A program made the translations under genes and the position numbers. This document shows positions 28,601-43,100 of a stretch of DNA of 64,000 nt, in pieces. How positions within the stretch are numbered: the stretch's first letter is position 1; every line of letters starts with the position of its first letter. Origin of the DNA: the human T2T-CHM13v2.0 reference genome, Homo sapiens; NCBI RefSeq assembly GCF_009914755.1, contig NC_060939.1; one strand, 5' to 3'. The notes under the pieces are model-generated. The model made no database searches and was not told the origin of the DNA. It worked only from the letters and a program-made list of their open reading frames with translations.

Positions 28601-30950
28601 ATTCCATTCCATTCTATTTCATTCCATTCGATTCCCTTCCATTGGACTCCTTTCCATTCGATTGCATTCCATTCCGTTCCATTTCTTTCCGTTCTGTACG
28701 ATTCCTACCGTTCGATTTCATTTTGTTCCAGTCCATTCCTTTCGCGTCCATTCCATTCCATTTCACTCCATTCGATTCCATTCCACTCGATTCCACTTCG
28801 TTCCATTTCATTGCATTCCATTCTATTCAACTCTATTGCCTTCCATTCCATTCCATTCGATTACATTCCATGCGATTCCATTCGAAATCGAATCAATTAC
28901 ATTGCAATCCATTACTATTGAGTCCGTTTTATTCCAGTCCACTGCATTCTGGTCTATTCCATTTGATTCCATTCCATTCTATTCCATTCCATACAGTTGC
29001 ATTCCATTGGATTCCATGCTATATCTATAAATTCAATTCGAGACCATTGCTTTTGAGTCCATTCTATATGATTCCAATCCATTCAAGTCCATTACATTTG
29101 GTTGAATTCCATTCCATTCCATTCCCTTCCATTCCATTCCAGTTGATATCAATCCATTCGATTCCATTCCATTCGAGCACATTCCATTCGAGTCCATTCC
29201 ATTCGATGCCATTCCATTTGATTCTATTCCATTAGTCTCCATTCAATTCCATTAATCTCCATTCCATTCCATTCTACTCCAACTGATTCCATTCCATTCT
29301 ATTCCTTTCCATTCCATTTCATTCCATTCTATTCCATTTCATTCCATTCCATTCCATTCGTGTCCATTCCACTCCAGTCCATTCCATTCGTGTCCATTCC
29401 ATTCCAGTCCATTCCATTTGTGTCCACTGCATTCCATTACACTCCATTCCATATTATTCCATTACACTCCATTCCATTCTATTACTTTCATTTCCATTCA
29501 ATTCCATTCCATTTGATTCCATTCCACTCGGTTTCATTCCATTTGAGTCCACTCCATTCCATTCCATTCCATTCAGTTCCATTACATTCCATTCCATTCG
29601 GTACCATTCCATATTGTTCCATTCGATTCCATTCGAATCCATTCCATTCCAGTCCATTCCATTCGATTCCATTCCATTCATTTCAATTCCATTCCATTCC
29701 ATTCCATTACATTCCACTTGATTCCTCTCCATTCCCTTCCACTGCATTCCGTTCGATTCCATTCCATTTCATTGCATTCCATTCCATTGGATTGCATTCC
29801 ATTCGATTCCATTCCATTCGAATCAATTACATAGCAATCCATTACATTCGAGTCTATTCTCTTCCGTTCCATTCGATTTTGTTCCAATCCATTCGATTCC
29901 ATTCCATTCGATTCCATTCCATACTATTGCATTCCATTCGATTACATTATATTCGAATAAGTTCCATTCAAGACCATTTCTTTTGAGTCCATTCTATTTG
30001 AGTCCATTCCCTTTGATTCCATAACATTTGAGTCCATTCAATTCCATTCCTTTCGTTTCCATTCCATTTGATGCCATTCCATTCAATTCTGTTCTACTCG
30101 ACTCCAATACATTCAATTCCACTCCATCCGATTCCATTACATTCTTTTCATTTCTTATCCATTTCAAGCCATTCCACTCCATTCCATTCCACTCGTTTCC
30201 TTTCCATTCGAGTCCATTCCTCTCCAGTCCATTCCGTTCAATCCATTCCATTCCAGTCCATTCCATTCGAGTCCGTTCCATTCCAGTCCATTCCATTCGA
30301 GTCAATTCCTTTCCATTCGATGTCTTTCCATAACGATCCATTCCATTCTATTCCTTTCGATTCCATTCCATTCTATTTCATTCCATTCGATTCCCTTCCA
30401 TTGGACTCCTTTCCATTCGAGTGCATTCCATTCCGTTCCATTTCTTTCCGTTCTGTACGATTCCTACCGTTCGATTTCATTTTGTTCCAGTCCATTCCTT
30501 TCGCGTCCATTCCATTCCATTTCACTCCATTCGATTACATTCCACTCGATTCCACTTCGTTCCATTTCATTGCATTCCATTCTATTCAACTCTATTGCCT
30601 TCCATTCCATTCCATTCGATTACATTCCATGCGATTCCATTCGAAATCGAATCAATTACATTGCAACCCATTACAATTGAGTCCGTTTTATTCCAGTCCA
30701 CTGCATTCTGGTCCATTCCATTTGATTCCATTCCATTCTATTCCATTCCATACAGTTGCATTCCATTGGATTCCATTCTATATCTATAAATTCAATTCGA
30801 GACCATTGCTTTTGAGTCCATTCTATATGATTCCATTCCATTCAAGTCCATTACATTTGGTTCAATTCCATTCCATTCCATTCCCTTCCATTCCATTCCA
30901 GTTGATATCAATCCATTCGATTCCATTCCATTCGAGCACATTCCATTCGA
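16700..30950 (+). repeat. 14,237 bp 8-unit block, copy 1
   Basis: Unit spacings 1749, 1794, 1809, 1774, 1789, 1774, 1789, 1759 repeat in identical order in the next block. Private variants recur at +14,237, e.g. GGTACT at 17142/31379 and the ACGTTGAAATTC cluster at 21775/36012. Confidence 0.95.
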
Positions 30951-31118
30951 GTCCATTCCATTCGATGCCATTCCATTTGATTCTATTCCATTAGTCTCCA
31001 TTCAATTCCATTAATCTCCATTCCATTCCATTCTACTCCAACTGATTCCATTCCATTCTATTCCTTTCCATTCCATTTCATTCCATTCCATTCCATTTCA
31101 TTCCATTCCATTCCATTC
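22234..31118 (+). repeat. Alternating B-A-B-A-B units forming a 3563 bp dimer (repeated at 36471-45355)
   Basis: 22234, 25797 and 29360 are spaced by 3563 bp, as are 24008 and 27571. B units carry a 35 bp loss. A units carry a 15 bp CGCTTCC-containing insertion upstream, a 5 bp loss and an EcoRI site (25541, 29104, 39778, 43341). Confidence 0.9.
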
Positions 31119-34100
31119 GTGTCCATTCCACTCCAGTCCATTCCATTCGTGTCCATTCCATTCCAGTCCATTCCATTTGTGTCCACTGCATTCCATTCCA
31201 CTCCATTCCATATTATTCCATTACACTCCATTCCATTCTATTACTTTCATTTCCATTCAATTCCATTCCATTTGATTCCATTCCACTCGGTTTCATTCCA
31301 TTTGAGTCCACTCCATTCCATTCCATTCCATTCCATTCAGTTCCATTCCATTCTGTTCCATTCCATTCCATTCCATTCGGTACTATTCCATAGTGTTCCA
31401 TTCGATTCCATTCGAATCCATTCCATTCCACTCCTTTCCATTCGATTCCATTCCATTCATTTCAATTCCATTCCATTCCATTCCATTCCATTCCACTTGA
31501 TTCCTCTCCATTCCCTTCCACTGCATTCCGTTCGATTCCATTCCATTGCATTGCATTCCATTCCATTGGATTGCATTCCATTCGATTCCATTCCATTCGA
31601 ATCAATTACATAGCAATCCATTACATTCGAGTCTATTCTCTTCCGTTCCATTCGATTTCGTTCCAATCCATTCGATTCCATTCCATTCGATTCCATTCCA
31701 TACTATTGCATTCCATTCGATTACATTATATTCGAATAAGTTCCATTCAAGACCATTTCTTTTGAGTCCATTCTATTTGAGTCCATTCCCTTTGATTCCA
31801 TAACATTTGAGTCCATTCAATTCCATTCCTTTCGTTTCCATTCCATTTGATGCCATTCCATTCAATTCTGTTCTACTCGACTCCAATACATTCAATTCCA
31901 TTCCATCCGATTCGATTACATTCTTTTCATTTCTTATCCATTTCAAGCCATTCCACTCCATTCCATTCCACTCGTTTCCTTTCCATTCGAGTCCATTCCT
32001 CTCCAGTCCATTCCGTTCAATCCATTCCATTCCAGTCCATTCCATTCGAGTCCATTCCATTCCATTCGATGTCTTTCCATAACGATCCATTCCATTCTAT
32101 TCCTTTCGATTCCATTCCATTCTATTTCATTCCATTCGATTCCCTTCCATTGGACTCCTTTCCATTCGAGTGCATTCCATTCCGTTCCATTTCTTTCCAT
32201 TCTGTACGATTCCTACCGTTCGATTTCATTTTGTTCCAGTCCATTCCTTTCGCGTCCATTCCATTCCATTTCACTCCATTCGATTCCATTCCACTCGATT
32301 CCACTTTGTTCCATTTCATTGCATTCCATTCTATTCAACTCTATTGCCCTCCATTCCATTCCATTCGATTACATTCCATGCGATTCCATTCGAAATCGAA
32401 TCAATTACATTGCAATCCATTACTATTGAGTCCGTTTTATTCCAGTCCACTGCATTCTGGTCCATTCCATTTGATTCCATTCCATTCTATTCCATTCCAT
32501 ACAGTTGCATTCCATTGGATTCCATTCTATATCTATAAATTCAATTCGAGACCATTGCTTTTGAGTCCATTCTATATGATTCCACTCCATTCAAGTCCAT
32601 TACATTTGGTTCAATTCCATTCCATTCCATTCCCTTCCATTCCATTCCAGTTGATATCAATCCATTCGATTCCATTCCATTCGAGCACATTCCATTCGAG
32701 TCCATTCCATTCGATGCCATTCCATTTGATTCTATTCCATTAGTCTCCATTCAATTCCATTAATCTCCATTCCATTCCATTCTACTCCAACTGATTCCAT
32801 TCCATTCTATTCCTTTCCATTCCATTTCATTCCATTCCATTCCATTTCATTCCATTCCATTCCATTCGTGTCCATTCCACTCCAGTCCATTCCATTCGTG
32901 TCCATTCCATTCCAGTCCCTTCCATTTGTGTCCACTGCATTCCATTCCACTCCATTCCATATTATTCCATTACACTCCATTCCATTCTATTACTTTCATT
33001 TCCATTCAATTCCATTCCATTTGATTCCATTCCACTCGGTTTCATTCCATTTGAGTCCACTCCATTCCATTCCATTCCATTCCATTCAGTTCCATTCCAT
33101 TCTGTTCCATTCCATTCCGTTCCATTACATTCCATTCCATTCGGTACCATTCCATATTGTTCTATTCGATTCCATTCGAATCCATTCCATTCCAGTCCAT
33201 TCCATTCGATTCCATTCCATTCATTTCAATTCCATTCCATTCCATTCCATTCCATTCCACTTGATTCCTCTCCATTCCCTTCCACTGCATTCCATTCGAT
33301 TCCATTCCATTGCATTGCATTCCATTCCATTGGATTGCATTCCATTCGATTCCATTCCATTCGAATCAATTACATAGCAATCCATTACATTCGAGTCTAT
33401 TCTCTTCCGTTCCATTCGATTTCGTTCCAATCCATTCGATTCCATTCCATTCGATTCCATTCCATACTATTGCATTCCATTCGATTACATTATATTCGAA
33501 TAAGTTCCATTCAAGACCATTTCTTTTGAGTCCATTCTATTTGAGTCCATTCCCTTTGATTCCATAACATTTGAGTCCATTCAATTCCATTCCTTTCGTT
33601 TCCATTCCATTTGATGCCATTCCATTCAATTCTGTTCTACTCGACTCCAATACATTCAATTCCATTCCATCCGATTCCATTACATTCTTTTCATTTCTTA
33701 TCCATTTCAAGCCATTCCACTCCATTCCATTCCACTCGTTTCCTTTCCATTCGAGTCCATTCCTCTCCAGTCCATTCCGTTCAATCCATTCCATTCCAGT
33801 CCATTCCATTCGAGTCCGTTCCATTCCAGTCCATTCCATTCGAGTCAATTCCATTCCATTCGATGTCTTTCCATAACGATCCATTCCATTCTATTCCTTT
33901 CGATTCCATTCCATTCTATTTCATTCCATTCGATTCCCTTCCATTGGACTCCTTTCCATTCGAGTGCATTCCATTCCTTTCCATTTCTTTCCGTTCTGTA
34001 CGATTCCTACCGTTCGATTTCATTTTGTTCCAGTCCATTCCTTTCGCGTCCATTCCATTCCATTTCACTCCATTCGATTCCATTCCACTCGATTCCACTT

Positions 34101-37100
34101 CGTTCCATTTCATTGCATTCCATTCTATTCAACTCTATTGCCTTCCATTCCATTCCATTCGATTACATTCCATGCGATTCCATTCGAAATCGAATCAATT
34201 ACATTGCAATCCATTACTATTGAGTCCGTTTTATTCCAGTCCACTGCATTCTGGTCTATTCCATTTGATTCCATTCCATTCTATTCCATTCCATACAGTT
34301 GCATTCCATTGGATTCCATGCTATATCTATAAATTCAATTCGAGACCATTGCTTTTGAGTCCATTCTATATGATTCCATTCCATTCAAGTCCATTACATT
34401 TGGTTCAATTCCATTCCATTCCATTCCCTTCCATTCCATTCCATTTGATATCAATCCATTCGATTCCATTCCATTCGAGCACATTCCATTCGAGTCCATT
34501 CCATTCGATGCCATTCCATTTGATTCTATTCCATTAGTCTCCATTCAATTCCATTAATCTCCATTCCATTCCATTCTACTCCAACTGATTCCATTCCATT
34601 CTATTCCTTTCCATTCCATTTCATTCCATTCCATTCCATTTCATTCCATTCCATTCCATTCGTGTCCATTCCACTCCAGTCCATTCCATTCGTGTCCATT
34701 CCATTCCAGTCCATTCCATTTGTGTCCACTGCATTCCATTCCTCTCCATTCCATATTATTCCATTACACTCCATTCCATTCTATTACTTTCATTTCCATT
34801 CAATTCCATTCCATTTGATTCCATTCCACTCGGTTTCATTCCATTTGAGTCCACTCCATTCCATTCCATTCCATTCCATTCAGTTCCATTCCATTCTGTT
34901 CCATTCCATTCCGTTCCATTACATTCCATTCCATTCGGTACCATTCCATATTGTTCCATTCGATTCCATTCGAATCCATTCCATTCCAGTCCATTCCATT
35001 CGATTCCATTCCATTCATTTCAATTCCATTCCATTCCATTCCATTCCATTCCACTTGATTCCTCTCCATTCCCTTCCACTGCATTCCGTTCGATTCCATT
35101 CCATTGCATTGCATTCCATTCCATTGGATTGCATTCCATTCGATTCCATTCCATTCGAATCAATTACATAGCAATCCATTACATTCGAGTCTATTCTCTT
35201 CCGTTCCATTCGATTTCGTTCCAATCCATTCGATTCCATTCCATTCGATTCCATTCCATACTATTGCATTCCATTCGATTACATTATATTCGAATAAGTT
35301 CCATTCAAGACCATTTCTTTTGAGTCCATTCTATTTGAGTCCATTCCCTTTGATTCCATAACATTTGAGTCCATTCAATTCCATTCCTTTCGTTTCCATT
35401 CCATTTGATGCCATTCCATTCAATTCTGTTCTACTCGACTCCAATACATTCAATTCCATTCCATCCGATTCCATTACATTCTTTTCATTTCTTATCCATT
35501 TCAAGCCATTCCACTCCATTCCATTCCACTCGTTATCTTTCCATTCGAGTCCATTCCTCTCCAGTCCATTCCGTTCAATCCATTCCATTCCAGTCCATTC
35601 CATTCGAGTCCGTTCCATTCCAGTCCATTCCATTCGAGTCAATTCCATTCCATTCGATGTCTTTCCATAACGATCCATTCCATTCTATTCCTTTCGATTC
35701 CATTCCATTCTATTTCATTCCATTCGATTCCCTTCCATTGGACTCCTTTCCATTCGAGTGCATTCCATTCCGTTCCATTTCTTTCCGTTCGGTACGATTC
35801 CTACCGTTCGATTTCATTTTGTTCCAGTCCATTCCTTTCGCGTCCATTCCATTCCATTTCACTACATTCGATTCCATTCCATTCGATTCCATTCTACTCG
35901 ATTCCACTTCGTTCCATTTCATTGCATTCCATTCTATTCAACTCTATTGCCTTCCATTCCATTCCATTCGATTACATTCCATGCGATTCCATTCGAAATC
36001 GAATCAATTACGTTGAAATTCATTACTATTTAGTCCGTTTTATTCCAGTCCACTGCATTCTGGTCCATTCCATTTGATTCCATTCCATTCTATTCCATTC
36101 CATACAGTTGCATTCCATTGGATTCCATGCTATATCTATAAATTCAATTCGAGACCATTGCTTTTGAGTCCATTCTATATGATTCCATTCCATTCAAGTC
36201 CATTACATTTGGTTCAATTCCATTCCATTCCATTCCCTTCCATTCCATTCCAGTTGATATCAATCCATTCGATTCCATTCCATTCGAGCACATTCCATTC
36301 GAGTCCATTCCATTCGATGCCATTCCATTTGATTCTATTCCATTAGTCTCCATTCAACTCCATTAATCTCCATTCCATTCCATTCTACTCCAACTGATTC
36401 CATTCCATTCTATTCCTTTCCATTCCATTTCATTCCATTCCATTCCATTTCATTCCATTCCATTCCATTCGTGTCCATTCCACTCCAGTCCATTCCATTC
36501 GTGTCCATTCCATTCCAGTCCATTCCATTTGTGTCCACTGCATTCCATTCCACTCCATTCCATATTATTCCATTACACTCCATTCCATTCTATTACTTTC
36601 ATTTCCATTCAATTCCATTCCATTTGATTCCATTCCACTCGGTTTCATTCCATTTGAGTCCACTCCATTCCATTCCATTCCATTCAGTTCCATTACATTC
36701 CATTCCATTCGGTACCATTCCATATTGTTCCATTCGATTCCATTCGAATCCATTCCATTCCAGTCCATTCCATTCGATTCCATTCCATTCATTTCAAGTC
36801 CATTCCATTCCATTCCATTACATTCCACTTGATTCCTCTCCATTCGCTTCCACTGCATTCCGTTCGATTCCATTCCATTGCATTGCATTCCATTCCATTG
36901 GATTGCATTCCATTCGATTCCATTCCATTCGAATCAATTACATAGCAATCCATTACATTCGAGTCTATTCTATTCCGTTCCATTCGATTTCGTTCCAATC
37001 CATTCGATTCCATTCCATTCGATTCCATTCCATACTATTGCATTCCATTCGATTACATTATATTCGAATAAGTTCCATTCAAGACCATTTCCTTTGAGTC

Positions 37101-40100
37101 CATTCTATTTGAGTCCATTCCCTTTGATTCCATAACATTTGAGTCCATTCAATTCCATTCCTTTCGTTTCCATTCCATTTGATGCCATTCCATTCAATTC
37201 TGTTCTACTCGACTCCAATACATTCAATTCCATTCCATCCGATTCCATTACATTCTTTTCATTTCTTATCCATTTCAAGCCATTCCACTCCATTCCATTC
37301 CACTCGTTTCCTTTCCATTCGAGTCCATTCCTCTCCAGTCCATTCCGTTCAATCCATTCCATTCCAGTCCATTCCATTCGAGTCCGTTCCATTCCAGTCC
37401 ATTCCATTCGAGTCAATTCCATTCCATTCGATGTCTTTCCATAACGATCCATTCCATTCTATTCCTTTCGATTCCATTCCATTCTATTTCATTCCATTCG
37501 ATTCCCTTCCATTGGACTCCTTTCCATTCGAGTGCATTCCATTCCGTTCCATTTCTTTCCGTTCTGTACGATTCCTACCGTTCGATTTCATTTTGTTCCA
37601 GTCCATTCCTTTTGCGTCCATTCCATTCCATTTCACTCCATTCGATTCCATTCCACTCGATTCCACTTCGTTCCATTTCATTGCATTCCATTCTATTCAA
37701 CTCTATTGCCTTCCATTCCATTCCATTCGATTACATTCCATGCGATTCCATTCGAAATCGAATCAATTACATTGCAATCCATTACAATTGAGTCCGTTTT
37801 ATTCCAGTCCACTGCATTCTGGTCCATTCCATTTGATTCCATTCCATTCTATTCCATTCCATACAGTTGCATTCCATTGGATTCCATTCTATATCTATAA
37901 ATTCAATTCGAGACCATTGCTTCTGAGTCCATTCTATATGATTCCATTCCATTCAAGTCCATTACATTTGGTTCAATTCCATTCCATTCCATTCCCTTCC
38001 ATTCCATTCCAGTTGATATCAATCCATTCGATTCCATTCCATTCGAGCACATTCCATTCGAGTCCATTCCATTCGATGCCATTCCATTTGATTCTATTCC
38101 ATTAGTCTCCATTCAATTCCATTAATCTCCATTCCATTCCATTCTACTCCAACTGATTCCATTCCATTCTATTCCTTTCCATTCCATTTCATTCCATTCC
38201 ATTCCATTTCATTCCATTCCATTCCATTCGCTTCCATTCCATTCGTGTCCATTCCACTCCAGTCCATTCCATTCGTGTCCATTCCATTCCAGTCCATTCC
38301 ATTTGTGTCCACTGCATTCCATTCCACTCCATTCCATATTATTCCATTACACTCCCTTCCATTCTATTACTTTCATTTCCATTCATTTCCATTCCATTTG
38401 ATTCCATTCCACTCGGTTTCATTCCATTTGAGTCCACTCCATTCCATTCCATTCCATTCCATTCAGTTCCATTCCATTCTGTTCCATTCCATTCCGTTCC
38501 ATTGCATTCCATTCCATTCGGTACCATTCCATATTGTTCCATTTGATTCCATTCGAATCCATTCCATTCCAGTCCATTCCATTCGATTCCATTCCATTCC
38601 TTTCAATTCCATTCCATTCCATTCCATTCCACTTGATTCCACTCCATTCCCTTCCACTGCATTCCATTCGATTCCATTCCATTGCATTGCATTCCATTCC
38701 ATTGGACTGCATTTCATTCGATTCCATTCCATGCGAATCAATTACATAGCAATCCATTACATTCGAGTCTATTCTATTCCGTTCCATTCGATTTCGTTCC
38801 AATCCATTCGATTCCATTCCATTCGATTCCATTCCATACTATTGCATTCCATTCTATTACATTATATTCGAATAAGTTCCATTCAAGACCATTTCTTTTG
38901 AGTCCATTCTATTTGAGTCCATTCCCTTTGATTCCATAACATTTGAGTCCATTCAATTCCATTCCTTTCGTTTCCATTCCATTTGATGCCATTCCATTCA
39001 ATTCTGTTCTACTCGACTCCAATACATTCAATTCCATTCCATCCGATTCCATTACATTCTTTTCATTTCTTATCCATTTCAAGCCATTCCACTCCATTCC
39101 ATTCCACTCGTTTCCTTTCCATTCGAGTCCATTCCTCTCCAGTCCATTCCGTTCAATCCATTCCATTCCAGTCCATTCCATTCGAGTCCGTTCCATTCCA
39201 GACCATTCCAATCGAGTCAATTCCATTCCATTCGATGTCTTTCCATAACGATCCATTCCATTCTATTCCTTTCGATTCCATTCCATTCTATTTCATTCCA
39301 TTCGATTCCCTTCCATTGGACTCCTTTCCATTCGAGTGCATTCCATTCCGTTCCATTTCTTTCCGTTCTGTACGATTCCTACCGTTCGATTTCATTTTGT
39401 TCCAGTCCATTCCTTTCGCGTCCATTCCATTCCATTTCACTCCATTCGATTCCATTCCACTCGATTCCACTTCGTTCCATTTCATTGCATTCCATTCTAT
39501 TCAACTCTATTGCCTTCCATTCCATTCCATTCGATTACATTCCATGCGATTCCATTCGAAATCGAATCAATTACATTGCAATCCATTACTATTGAGTCCG
39601 TTTTATTCCAGTCCACTGCATTCTGGTCTATTCCATTTGATTCCATTCCATTCTATTCCATTCCATACAGTTGCATTCCATTGGATTCCATGCTATATCT
39701 ATAAATTCAATTCGAGACCATTGCTTTTGAGTCCATTCTATATGATTCCAATCCATTCAAGTCCATTACATTTGGTTGAATTCCATTCCATTCCATTCCC
39801 TTCCATTCCATTCCAGTTGATATCAATCCATTCGATTCCATTCCATTCGAGCACATTCCATTCGAGTCCATTCCATTCGATGCCATTCCATTTGATTCTA
39901 TTCCATTAGTCTCCATTCAATTCCATTAATCTCCATTCCATTCCATTCTACTCCAACTGATTCCATTCCATTCTATTCCTTTCCATTCCATTTCATTCCA
40001 TTCTATTCCATTTCATTCCATTCCATTCCATTCGTGTCCATTCCACTCCAGTCCATTCCATTCGTGTCCATTCCATTCCAGTCCATTCCATTTGTGTCCA

Positions 40101-43100
40101 CTGCATTCCATTACACTCCATTCCATATTATTCCATTACACTCCATTCCATTCTATTACTTTCATTTCCATTCAATTCCATTCCATTTGATTCCATTCCA
40201 CTCGGTTTCATTCCATTTGAGTCCACTCCATTCCATTCCATTCCATTCAGTTCCATTACATTCCATTCCATTCGGTACCATTCCATATTGTTCCATTCGA
40301 TTCCATTCGAATCCATTCCATTCCAGTCCATTCCATTCGATTCCATTCCATTCATTTCAATTCCATTCCATTCCATTCCATTACATTCCACTTGATTCCT
40401 CTCCATTCCCTTCCACTGCATTCCGTTCGATTCCATTCCATTTCATTGCATTCCATTCCATTGGATTGCATTCCATTCGATTCCATTCCATTCGAATGAA
40501 TTACATAGCAATCCATTACATTCGAGTCTATTCTATTCCGTTCCATTCGATTTTGTTCCAATCCATTCGATTCCATTCCATTCGATTCCATTCCATACTA
40601 TTGCATTCCATTCGATTACATTATATTCGAATAAGTTCCATTCAAGACCATTTCTTTTGAGTCCATTCGATTTGAGTCCATTCCCTTTGATTCCATAACA
40701 TTTGAGTCCATTCAATTCCATTCCTTTCGTTTCCATTCCATTTGATGCCATTCCATTCAATTCTGTTCTACTCGACTCCAATACATTCAATTCCACTCCA
40801 TCCGATTCCATTACATTCTTTTCATTTCTTATCCATTTCAAGCCATTCCACTCCATTCCATTCCACTCGTTTCCTTTCCATTCGAGTCCATTCCTCTCCA
40901 GTCCATTCCGTTCAATCCATTCCATTCCAGTCCATTCCATTCGAGTCCGTTCCATTCCAGTCCATTCCATTCGAGTCAATTCCATTCCATTCGATGTCTT
41001 TCCATAACGATCCATTCCATTCTATTCCTTTCGATTCCATTCCATTCTATTTCATTCCATTCGATTCCCTTCCATTGGACTCCTTTCCATTCGAGTGCAT
41101 TCCATTCCGTTCCATTTCTTTCCGTTCTGTACGATTCCTACCGTTCGATTTCATTTTGTTCCAGTCCATTCCTTTTGCGTCCATTCCATTCCATTTCACT
41201 CCATTCGATTCCATTCCACTCGATTCCACTTCGTTCCATTTCATTGCATTCCATTCTATTCAACTCTATTGCCTTCCATTCCATTCCATTCGATTACATT
41301 CCATGCGATTCCATTCGAAATCGAATCAATTACATTGCAATCCATTACAATTGAGTCCGTTTTATTCCAGTCCACTGCATTCTGGTCCATTCCATTTGAT
41401 TCCATTCCATTCTATTCCATTCCATACAGTTGCATTCCATTGGATTCCATTCTATATCTATAAATTCAATTCGAGACCATTGCTTTTGAGTCCATTCTAT
41501 ATGATTCCATTCCTTTCAAGTCCATTACATTTGGTTCAATTCCATTCCATTCCATTCCCTTCCATTCCATTCCAGTTGATATCAATCCATTCGATTCCAT
41601 TCCATTCGAGCACATTCCATTCGAGTCCATTCCATTCGATGCCATTCCATTTGATTCTATTCCATTAGTCTCCATTCAATTCCATTAATCTCCATTCCAT
41701 TCCATTCTACTCCAACTGATTCCATTCCATTCTATTCCTTTCCATTCCATTTCATTCCATTCCATTCCATTTCATTCCATTCCATTCCATTCGCTTCCAT
41801 TCCATTCGTGTCCATTCCACTCCAGTCCATTCCATTCGTGTCCATTCCATTCCAGTCCATTCCATTTGTGTCCACTGCATTCCATTCCACTCCATTCCAT
41901 ATTATTCCATTACACTCCCTTCCATTCTATTACTTTCATTTCCATTCATTTCCATTCCATTTGATTCCATTCCACTCGGTTTCATTCCATTTGAGTCCAC
42001 TCCATTCCATTCCATTCCATTCCATTCAGTTCCATTCCATTCTGTTCCATTCCATTCCGTTCCATTGCATTCCATTCCATTCGGTACCATTCCATATTGT
42101 TCCATTTGATTCCATTCGAATCCATTCCATTCCAGTCCATTCCATTCGATTCCATTCCATTCCTTTCAATTCCATTCCATTCCATTCCATTCCACTTGAT
42201 TCCACTCCATTCCCTTCCACTGCATTCCATTCGATTCCATTCCATTGCATTGCATTCCATTCCATTGGACTGCATTTCATTCGATTCCATTCCATGCGAA
42301 TCAATTACATAGCAATCCATTACATTCGAGTCTATTCTATTCCGTTCCATTCGATTTCGTTCCAATCCATTCGATTCCATTCCATTCGATTCCATTCCAT
42401 ACTATTGCATTCCATTCTATTACATTATATTCGAATAAGTTCCATTCAAGACCATTTCTTTTGAGTCCATTCTATTTGAGTCCATTCCCTTTGATTCCAT
42501 AACATTTGAGTCCATTCAATTCCATTCCTTTCGTTTCCATTCCATTTGATGCCATTCCATTCAATTCTGTTCTACTCGACTCCAATACATTCAATTCCAT
42601 TCCATCCGATTCCATTACATTCTTTTCATTTCTTATCCATTTCAAGCCATTCCACTCCATTCCATTCCACTCGTTTCCTTTCCATTCGAGTCCATTCCTC
42701 TCCAGTCCATTCCGTTCAATCCATTCCATTCCAGTCCATTCCATTCGAGTCCGTTCCATTCCAGACCATTCCAATCGAGTCAATTCCATTCCATTCGATG
42801 TCTTTCCATAACGATCCATTCCATTCTATTCCTTTCGATTCCATTCCATTCTATTTCATTCCATTCGATTCCCTTCCATTGGACTCCTTTCCATTCGATT
42901 GCATTCCATTCCGTTCCATTTCTTTCCGTTCTGTACGATTCCTACCGTTCGATTTCATTTTGTTCCAGTCCATTCCTTTCGCGTCCATTCCATTCCATTT
43001 CACTCCATTCGATTCCATTCCACTCGATTCCACTTCGTTCCATTTCATTGCATTCCATTCTATTCAACTCTATTGCCTTCCATTCCATTCCATTCGATTA

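Noticed and set aside
22234-31118. The 3563 bp period resembles the ~3.56 kb Y-chromosome DYZ1 HSat3 unit
   Set aside because: Here the two halves are near-identical 1.8 kb units and the dimer is only local. The basic period is 1.8 kb, so the size match is probably coincidental. Alignment to DYZ1 would settle it.
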